Notes under the pieces: generated by a model
The model's input: the letters and a program-made list of their open reading frames with translations, nothing else
Database searches by the model: none
Told to the model about the DNA's origin: nothing
From: Corynebacterium glutamicum ATCC 13032
GTDB taxonomy: Bacteria > Actinomycetota > Actinomycetes > Mycobacteriales > Mycobacteriaceae
NCBI RefSeq assembly: GCF_000011325.1
Contig: NC_003450.3
Coordinates: 2,970,001 to 3,002,000, forward strand
Length of the DNA: 32,000 nucleotides
Direction: 5' to 3'
Made by a program: the position numbers and the translations under genes
In this document: in pieces, positions 25,745 to 32,000 of the stretch
Numbering within the stretch: position 1 is the first letter of the stretch
Layout of the letters: each line of letters starts with the position of its first letter

Positions 25745-26782
25745 TTAGAAACGAATCGCCACACGACCATCGATCTTGCCGTTTCGCATGCGGTCAAGCA
25801 CACCATTGACCTCATCGAGGGAGCACTCACTCACGGTTGGCTTGATTAGTCCGCGTGCAAAGAAATCGAGCGCTTCGGCCAAGTCTTGGCGGGTTCCCAC
25901 GAGGGATCCACGGATGGTCAGGCCCTTGAATACGATGTTGAACACGGATGCTGGGAACTCTCCCGGTGGCAGACCGTTGAACACAATTGTTCCTGCACGT
26001 CGAGCCATATCCAGTGCCTGGCCGAATGCTGCCTCGTGAACTGCAGTCACAAGCACGCCGTGTGCGCCACCGTTGGTGTACTTCTGTACAGCTTCGCCTG
26101 AATCTTCATTACGCGCATTCACGGTAAATTCCGCACCGTGCTTACGGGCAAGTTCCAGCTTGTCATCGGCAATATCTACCGCAATGACACGCATGCCCAT
26201 CGCCGCTGCGTATTGGACTGCGATGTGGCCAAGTCCGCCGACACCGGAGATCACCATGAATTGGCCCGGGCGGGTTTCAGAGACTTTGAGTGCCTTGTAG
26301 ACAGTCACGCCTGCACACAGAATTGGTGCTGCTTCGAGGTAGTCCACGCCGTCTGGGATGCGAGCGGCGTAACGGGTATCCACCAGCATGTACTGGCCGA
26401 AGGATCCATTTTGGGTGTAGCCACCATACTCAGCTTCGTTGCACTGAGTTTCCCTGCCGGTGATGCAGTATTCGCAGGTGCCACACGCTGACCAGAGCCA
26501 CGCATTGCCGACAATATCGCCGACCTTCACATCGTGTTCACCTGGTCCGAGCTCAACAACTTCACCTACACCTTCGTGTCCTGGTACGAATGGTGGTTCC
26601 GGCTTTACTGGCCAATCGCCCTCCAAGGCGTGGAGGTCGGTGTGGCAGATGCCGGAGGTGAGTACCTTCACCAATGCCTGGTGTGGCCCTGGCTTTGGAA
26701 GGTCAATATCCTTCACGGTCACGTCATGACCGAATTTTTCAACAACAGCAGCGGTAAATTCTTGGGGTGCAGCAGTGGTCAT
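25745..26782 (-). CDS. adhA: Zinc-dependent alcohol dehydrogenase
   Basis: Zn-ADH motifs GICHTDLHALEGDWP, GHEGVGEVVELG, structural-zinc CGTCEYCITGRETQC, and NAD fold ISGVGGLGHIAVQYA. I place the start at the ATG at 26782 (MTTAAPQEF), preceded by GAAGGAG with 8-nt spacing. The ORF-track GTG at 26791 overlaps that RBS. Confidence 0.95.
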   Translation of the reverse strand: MTTAAPQEFTAAVVEKFGHDVTVKDIDLPKPGPHQALVKVLTSGICHTDLHALEGDWPVKPEPPFVPGHEGVGEVVELGPGEHDVKVGDIVGNAWLWSACGTCEYCITGRETQCNEAEYGGYTQNGSFGQYMLVDTRYAARIPDGVDYLEAAPILCAGVTVYKALKVSETRPGQFMVISGVGGLGHIAVQYAAAMGMRVIAVDIADDKLELARKHGAEFTVNARNEDSGEAVQKYTNGGAHGVLVTAVHEAAFGQALDMARRAGTIVFNGLPPGEFPASVFNIVFKGLTIRGSLVGTRQDLAEALDFFARGLIKPTVSECSLDEVNGVLDRMRNGKIDGRVAIRF

Positions 26783-26965
26783 AAAACTCACTCCTTCTCG
26801 CTTGGATTACTTGGCAAATTGCTCTTCTGGCACATGTAATTTCACACCGACATAGATGTGCCTTAAATTACAATCCTTGCAATTGTGTGATTTACAACAT
26901 TCAATTGCTGCCATCGTCCACCCTAGCGAAATCCCAATAAGGTGAAAATAGAAAGTTGAGTTATT

Positions 26966-27079
26966 ACCCCCGAACATTTCAACAACCGTGAATGAACTGG
27001 CAATTGTAAAAAAACAAACCACCCCCGCACGTTGAAATTTCGAAAAATAGATTCACAAAACTCCAGCAAATCACCCCCT
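26966..27079 (-). promoter_or_regulatory. adhA upstream region with three ACCCCC(G/T) tracts (RamA-type motif candidates)
   Basis: acccccg at 26966-26972 and 27021-27027, and accccct at 27073-27079, sit in an otherwise AT-rich, ~480-bp non-coding region. C. glutamicum RamA is described as binding C/G4-6 tracts, and adhA is described as a RamA/RamB target. The assignment is motif-level only. Confidence 0.3.
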
Positions 27080-27128
27080 AATGGAAATGTTTTTCAATTA
27101 ACTTTTCAAGATTCACACAATTCCCTTT

Positions 27129-27149
27129 AAAAGCATCAAAGATGCTTTT
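27129..27149. repeat. Perfect 9-bp-arm palindrome AAAAGCATC-aaa-GATGCTTTT
   Basis: Read directly from the sequence, in the spacer between the adhA upstream region and the mrr relic. Its function is unknown (small hairpin or protein-binding site). Confidence 0.5.
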
Positions 27150-27268
27150 CGATGCCCCCAGCCACCCATTCCCCACCACCCCAGCGGGCAATTAAGGCAC
27201 GCGCGCCGTACCTACTAGATAGACTCGACAAACATGCAGTACACAACAACATTCCAAGGATCGTTTTA

Positions 27269-27880
27269 GTGTCGATTTTCAAATGGAATGAATATATGCT
27301 GCCGGTGCTTAAGGCACTGCCCCAAGATCAGATTATGGTCCGTCGGGATTTGATTGAGCTCGTCGCCTAGTCAATAGGAATCACCGAAGAGGATCGAAAG
27401 GAATTCATCAGCTCAGGTCAGCTCACTTATGTCAGCCAAATTAACTGGGCAATCACTTATCTTCACAGAGCACTATGCTTAAACCGTCCGCAACGTGCTC
27501 ACTACGCGATCAATAATCTGGGCAAAAAACTCCAAGCTCAGCACCCGGATGAAATTTCGCAAAGTGACCTTGCCAAGTTCGCCCAAGATCATGGAATAAA
27601 GTATCCAAGCGGTGTTGCTCAAAGAAAGCTGAATAATGAAGAACGGTCCGTCGACAAGCAAGAAGCCGAGCTGACGCCGACCGAGCAAATGGAAACCGGC
27701 CTTGTGCGGCTGTGCTCTAGGATTTCAGCCGATTTGTTGGAGCGATTGCACAACAACGCTCCGGTGTTATTTGAGCTGGGGTTGCCCGCAAGTGGTGGAC
27801 ACATAATTAAGCTACTTGTTAGTTTCCTACAGGTGAAACAGGGCGATCATGATCCTGCTCAAACTGAACAGGAGAGATAA
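27269..27880 (+). pseudogene. mrr: Decayed Mrr-type restriction endonuclease gene (Mrr_N winged helix retained, in-frame TAG, catalytic domain missing)
   Basis: A single reading frame gives (V)SIFKWNEYMLPVLKALPQDQIMVRRDLIELVA-*-SIGITEEDRKEFISSGQLTYVSQINWAITYLHRALCLNRPQRAHYAINNLGKKL... This matches the Mrr N-terminal pattern (MLPxLkal...L...va..lglteEer.e.lpSG.q....nrv.WA.tYL.ka.l..rp.rg.y.iT..G). An in-frame TAG lies at 27368-27370. The frame then stays open to 27880 but ends at about 200 codons, with no recognisable D-(D/E)xK nuclease domain. Confidence 0.6.
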
Positions 27881-27944
27881 ACCCGAGCGAGGAATGCCTA
27901 CGCTGGCGGTTATAAAACTCCTTCTTTACCGTTGACCAAAAGAC

Positions 27945-28260
27945 TTAAGCTATCGAATTATCAAAACACACCCCAGTCCGGCCCATCGACTGAGCGATCC
28001 CCAATTCCTGACACGCCCGATACAACTGATCCGATGTGAACTGCGAAAAACCACACCATCAGGCACACCACACCGCAACGTATGCGCCATCCGCAACGCA
28101 CGCCCAACAAGCCGTGTCGTTTGAGTATCATCCATGCCCATCCCAACACACGCCGTGAACAACCATCACGCACCACACATGGACTCAGCCAGCCCCACTT
28201 TCCCCTTTCCCATGAAAGATCCACGCGGAAAACTAAAACCCGCCCCGCTTGCGAAGCACT
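27945..28260 (-). mobile_element. IS3-family transposase (rve integrase core) remnant with multiple frameshifts
   Basis: Minus-strand fragments in three frames match parts of the IS3 OrfB pattern. GKWGWLSPCVVRDGCSRRVLGWAW corresponds to GWLYLA.V.D..SRR.VGWA. MDDTQTTRLVGRALRMA...PDGVVF corresponds to M.T.LV.DAL.MA...P.G.I.HSD. VHIGSVVS corresponds to HSDRGSQYTS. CFDNSIA corresponds to CWDNA. No intact ORF, no OrfA and no clear terminal inverted repeats were seen. Confidence 0.5.
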
Positions 28261-28478
28261 TCGATAGGTTTATGATTGTTTGAATGAGAGGTTTCTGAGT
28301 TTCAGCAAGGCTTTCGCAGACTATTCCAAGGAATTACCATTCAGGAAATTCTGCTCACTCTCAGCGAGTGTGAAAAAGCCACATCCGCTTTCCTTCTGAA
28401 TGAAACAATAGAGTGACCTTAATATCTTTCTCGAATAGAATATTTGTTCTATAATTAGGTTTCACCTACCTGAAGCGG

Positions 28479-28512
28479 GAAAACGCCCACCCGCGGTGGT
28501 GCGGGTGGGCGT
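28479..28512 (-). terminator. Stem-loop terminator downstream of cysZ
   Basis: ACGCCCACCCGC-ggtggt-GCGGGTGGGCGT: a perfect 12-bp GC-rich stem 14 nt after the cysZ stop (28526). On the minus strand it is followed by ttttccc. Confidence 0.65.
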
Positions 28513-28525
28513 CGAAAAGCGTGTT

Positions 28526-29455
28526 TTAAGTGCTTTTAATCTTTTGGCCCTTTGGTTCGGAGACAACTTCGCTGGAGATGGTCTCGTTGAGGAGATTTTT
28601 GCGGTAGCGGCGGAAGCCGAGGTACGTCAGCGGCAGGCCGATGAGGAGGACGGTGACCTGGATGAGGCCGGTGGGGATGAAATCAAGGCCAACCACGTTG
28701 AGCACCTTTGGCAGGTTCAGTGTGACAATCAGGGTGCCCACGAAGCCACCGAGGACGGTTGCATTAACGCGAGAGATCATCCAGGCGCCGATTGGTGCTG
28801 CGATTGCGCCGCCGATGAGCAACGCGAGAACTGCAGAGAGGTTAGCTACTAGGTCATCCCACAGTCCCACGACGAAGCCCAATGTTGCGGCTAGGGAGAC
28901 TAAGAATTCTGCGGTGTTGACGGTGCCGACTACTTTGCGGGGTTCGGTGCGTCCCAAAGACAGCAGCGTAGAGGTGGTCACTGGACCCCATCCGCCGCCA
29001 CCGGATGCGTCAACGAAACCACCGACAATACCGAGTCCGCCGAGGAATCCCCTGCTGTGCGGGCGATCGGAATAGTCGCGGCGGATGCGTCCCTTGCTGA
29101 ATCGCCAGACTAGGTTCATGCCGATCAGGGCAAGAATCAGGGAGGTGATCGGTGCTGCTGCTTCGGTGGAAATATTGGACAAGAAGGTAGCGCCAGCAAA
29201 TGCGCCGATAGCGCCGGGGATACCGAGCCGGACAACTACTTTCCAATCCACGTTGCCAAATTTCCAGTGGCTTAAACCAGAAACTAAGGTGGTTCCAACC
29301 TCTGCGGTGTGCACGACGGCGGATGCCTGCGCAGGGCCTAAACCTGCGAGCATGATGAGGATGGTGGTTGAGGTGACGCCGAACCCCATGCCGAGGCCGC
29401 CATCAACAAGCTGTGCTGCGACGCCTGCAATGGCGATAAAGATTAATGTCTGCAT
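28526..29455 (-). CDS. cysZ: TauE/SafE-family membrane transporter (putative sulfate/sulfite permease of the cys cluster)
   Basis: 309-aa ORF, Gly-rich polytopic membrane protein with internal duplication typical of TauE/SafE (GGLGMGFG... / GGGGWGP...). Its position downstream of cysD-cysN-cysY matches the C. glutamicum cys cluster as I recall it. Confidence 0.8.
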   Translation of the reverse strand: MQTLIFIAIAGVAAQLVDGGLGMGFGVTSTTILIMLAGLGPAQASAVVHTAEVGTTLVSGLSHWKFGNVDWKVVVRLGIPGAIGAFAGATFLSNISTEAAAPITSLILALIGMNLVWRFSKGRIRRDYSDRPHSRGFLGGLGIVGGFVDASGGGGWGPVTTSTLLSLGRTEPRKVVGTVNTAEFLVSLAATLGFVVGLWDDLVANLSAVLALLIGGAIAAPIGAWMISRVNATVLGGFVGTLIVTLNLPKVLNVVGLDFIPTGLIQVTVLLIGLPLTYLGFRRYRKNLLNETISSEVVSEPKGQKIKST

Positions 29456-29475
29456 AGCTGATTTCCTTAGCGGTC

Positions 29476-30201
29476 TTAGATATGTGCCAGCAGTGCGCTC
29501 AATGCAGCGTGGTAACGGGCTGCAACAAGTGGTGCGAGGTCAGTAGTTAGGGGTTCGGAATAGGTGAAGTTTGTGCCGGTGGCAGCTGCGATGTTGGCGG
29601 ATTGATCAATAGCCCGATCCAGCAGCAAACCTTCCGTAACAAACAGCGGCAGGATGTGGACGGCCTTGTGTTTCGAGGCCACCTCTATTACTCCGGCGCC
29701 GCCGGCACCTGGCCCACCGGTAGCGGGCACCACCTCAACCGAAAAGCCAGTGAGGAGAGCAATGGTGTGGGCAAGATCGATGACTGATTCATTGGCGGAC
29801 ACGTGTGAGCTGCCAACGGAATACAAAATCACATGGGCATCTGTGGGGGCGTCCGCACTCAACCGCTGCGCAAGCACGCTGGCTACATCGGAGCCAGTGC
29901 CCAAATGCGGACCCACGAGAAGTTCCACACCATACTTTTCTGAAGCATCTTTTACTGCCTCAGGAACGTCAATCTTTGCGTGATACGCATTGCTAAACAG
30001 CAAAGGAACCAACGCTGCCCTGGTTACACCTTCCGCACTGAGCGTTGCCACAACCTGATCAAGGGAAGGTTCAGCAAGCTCTAAATGCGCTTCCACGGCT
30101 GGTGTTTCCAGCATTCGTCCGGCCTCATGAGTCAGCGCAGTAATGCCTGCAGCTGCGGACTTTTTGCGGGAACCGTGGGAAAGCGTAATCAGGGGAATCA
30201 T
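29476..30201 (-). CDS. cysY: CbiX/SirB-type sirohydrochlorin ferrochelatase-like protein
   Basis: 241-aa ORF with two CbiX-like halves (LITLSHGSRKKSAA... and VILYSVGSSHVSANES...). It sits within the sulfate-assimilation cluster. Confidence 0.7.
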   Translation of the reverse strand: MIPLITLSHGSRKKSAAAGITALTHEAGRMLETPAVEAHLELAEPSLDQVVATLSAEGVTRAALVPLLFSNAYHAKIDVPEAVKDASEKYGVELLVGPHLGTGSDVASVLAQRLSADAPTDAHVILYSVGSSHVSANESVIDLAHTIALLTGFSVEVVPATGGPGAGGAGVIEVASKHKAVHILPLFVTEGLLLDRAIDQSANIAAATGTNFTYSEPLTTDLAPLVAARYHAALSALLAHI

Positions 30202-30238
30202 GAGGTGTCCTAAATGGGGTCTTGCCTAAGACACTGGT

Positions 30239-31540
30239 CTAGATCGACCAGTTATTGCGTAGGCGGTGGCCAACCAAGCCAGCTGCGAGGGTATCGCCGG
30301 AGGATTGGTCGATGAGGAGGAAGGATCCGATGGCGCCGCGGGCAGCGTAATCTTCAACTTCGAGTTCGCCTGCAACGTCGATGCGCACGTGTGCGATGTC
30401 GTTGAGGCCGTAGGTTTCTGGTGCTTCGTTGTCGTTGACGCCGTCGATGTCGAGGACTCGTTCGATGGCTGCGACGCGTCCGCGGACCAGCTCGGTGCCG
30501 TAGCGAACCTTGACTGCTGCACCTGGTTTGATGGTGCGATCGGCCAAGCCAACAACAGTGGCGTTGAAGGAGCGAACGGATTCTGGGCGGTCTTCGCCAG
30601 CGATGAGTTCGCCGCGGATGAGGTCGATTTCCTGGGCTAGGCGCAGGACAACGGCTTCTCCAACTGATGCGGTCTGGAGGGATCCGTCAGCGGAATCGAT
30701 GTGGGTGACCTGGGTGGTGCGGCCTTCAGGTAGGTACACGGTATCGCCCACGGAGACGGAACCAGCGTTGATGGTGCCGGCGTAGCCACGGTAGTCGGTG
30801 GCGTGCTCGCGGATGACGTACTGGATTGGGAAGCGGAAGCCCAGGTCGTGTGCACGGCCGTGGGAAACTTCTACGTTTTCCAGGATTTCCAGCACGGTTG
30901 GTCCGGTGTACCAATCCATGTGGGTGGAAGGTTCTGCAACGTTGTCGCCCTTGAGCGCAGAGATTGGAACAACGTGGGTGTCTGTGACATCAAGTGCAGA
31001 TGCCAGGCCAACGAATTCCTTTTCAATGTTGCGGAAGACTTCTTCGCTGTAATCAACAAGGTCAATTTTGTTGACTGCGAGGATCACCGTGCGTACGCCC
31101 AGCAGAGCCGATACGGACAGGTGGCGGCGGGTCTGCTCGACGACGCCGTGGCGGGCGTCGACAAGCAAAACTACAACCTGGGAGGTGGAGACGCCGGTGA
31201 CGGTGTTGCGGGTGTACTGCACGTGACCTGGGGTATCAGCCAGGATGAAGGTGCGCTTGTCGGTGGCGAAGTAGCGGTAGGCAACGTCGATGGTGATGCC
31301 CTGCTCACGCTCGGCGCGCAGGCCGTCGACGAGGAGTGACAGGTCGAGGCCTTCGAAGCCACGGTCGGCGGAGGTGCGCTCTACGGAAGCCAGCTGATCA
31401 GCAAGAACAGACTTGGTGTCGTGCAGGAGGCGGCCGACGAAGGTGGACTTGCCATCATCTACGGAACCTGCGGTGCACAGACGAAGGGTCTCGCGTGATG
31501 CAATCTTTTCGGATGCTTTATTCAAGGTTGGAGCAGTCAT
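30239..31540 (-). CDS. cysN: Sulfate adenylyltransferase subunit 1 (GTPase CysN, no APS-kinase fusion)
   Basis: GTPase motifs GSVDDGKST (G1), DTPGH (G3) and NKID (G4); 433 aa. The start overlaps the cysD stop (TGATG). Confidence 0.95.
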   Translation of the reverse strand: MTAPTLNKASEKIASRETLRLCTAGSVDDGKSTFVGRLLHDTKSVLADQLASVERTSADRGFEGLDLSLLVDGLRAEREQGITIDVAYRYFATDKRTFILADTPGHVQYTRNTVTGVSTSQVVVLLVDARHGVVEQTRRHLSVSALLGVRTVILAVNKIDLVDYSEEVFRNIEKEFVGLASALDVTDTHVVPISALKGDNVAEPSTHMDWYTGPTVLEILENVEVSHGRAHDLGFRFPIQYVIREHATDYRGYAGTINAGSVSVGDTVYLPEGRTTQVTHIDSADGSLQTASVGEAVVLRLAQEIDLIRGELIAGEDRPESVRSFNATVVGLADRTIKPGAAVKVRYGTELVRGRVAAIERVLDIDGVNDNEAPETYGLNDIAHVRIDVAGELEVEDYAARGAIGSFLLIDQSSGDTLAAGLVGHRLRNNWSI

Positions 31541-32000
31541 CAGAAGTAGCCTTCCTTCTTGCGGTCTTCCATTGCGGATTCGCTGAGGCGGTCATCGGCG
31601 CGGGTTGCGCCACGTTCGGTAAGGGTGGAGGTGGCGATCTCTTCGATCACATCGTCAATGGTGCGGGCTTCGGAGAGCACAGCACCGGTGCAGGACATAT
31701 CGCCGACGGTGCGGTAGCGGACAGTCTTGGTGACGATCTCCTCGCCCTTCTTTGGTCCACCCCACTCGCCTGCGGTCAGCCACATGCCGTCGCGCTCGAA
31801 AACTTCGCGGTCGTGGGAGAAGTAGATCGGTGGAAGTTCGATGCCACGGGCGCCGATGTACTCCCAAATGTCAGCTTCAGTCCAGTTGGAGATTGGGAAA
31901 ACACGGATGTTTTCGCCTGGCAGGTGGCCACCGTTGTAGAGGGTCCACAGCTCTGGGCGCTGACGGCGTGGATCCCAACCACCGAAGGAGTCACGCACAG
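31540..32000 (-). CDS. cysD: Sulfate adenylyltransferase subunit 2 (CysD), 5' end outside the window
   Basis: C-terminal CysD sequence (ELWTLYNGGHLPGENIRVFPISNWTEADIWEYI...MEDRKKEGYF). The frame is open to the window edge. Confidence 0.95.
   Translation of the reverse strand, partial: VRDSFGGWDPRRQRPELWTLYNGGHLPGENIRVFPISNWTEADIWEYIGARGIELPPIYFSHDREVFERDGMWLTAGEWGGPKKGEEIVTKTVRYRTVGDMSCTGAVLSEARTIDDVIEEIATSTLTERGATRADDRLSESAMEDRKKEGYF

Noticed and set aside
25586-25849. 87-aa ORF beginning MMRMMRMMRTTRTMRMSR, considered as a real Met/Arg-rich peptide gene
   Set aside because: The reading frame derives from the 9-bp tandem repeat and runs 100 nt into the 3' end of adhA on the opposite strand. 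There is no supporting motif. It is kept only as a repeat feature, with a note that a short leader peptide cannot be excluded.
26807-27022. 71-aa minus-strand ORF in the adhA upstream region
   Set aside because: AT-rich non-coding-looking DNA with Cys/Phe-rich odd composition and no RBS. The region is better explained as the adhA regulatory region.

Overview
High-GC actinobacterial chromosome segment. Gene order and protein sequences match what I recall of Corynebacterium glutamicum: ald, hspR-dnaJ-grpE-dnaK, an AI-2E-type permease, a nucleosidase, adhA, and cysZ-cysY-cysN-cysD. This organism call is from memory, not a search. Most of the window is housekeeping, but three accessory patches stand out. 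(1) Headline: a 6.6-kb, four-gene, translationally coupled minus-strand operon at 18844-25406. It encodes a DUF3375-like protein, a small acidic DUF4194-like protein, a 1111-aa SMC/Rad50-like ABC ATPase and a Toprim-type protein. This is the condensin-like MksFEBG / JetABCD (Wadjet) architecture associated with anti-plasmid defence. (2) A visibly AT-richer islet at about 3.8-6.5 kb. It holds a frameshifted rifampin ADP-ribosyltransferase (arr) relic and a two-gene wHTH + nucleotidyltransferase module (AbiE-like type IV toxin-antitoxin or abortive-infection candidate). That module is bracketed by 41-bp direct repeats built from GTTCA-N7-TGAAC palindromes. (3) A decayed Mrr-type restriction endonuclease gene and an IS3-family transposase remnant at 27.3-28.3 kb, about 2 kb from the Mks/Wadjet operon. 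Regulatory elements I can read directly include a sigma-H-type promoter and an HspR (HAIR) operator upstream of dnaK, a long HAIR-like hairpin between grpE and dnaJ, and several stem-loop terminators. I saw no rRNA, tRNA or CRISPR array. All family calls rest on motif recognition by eye; no searches were run.
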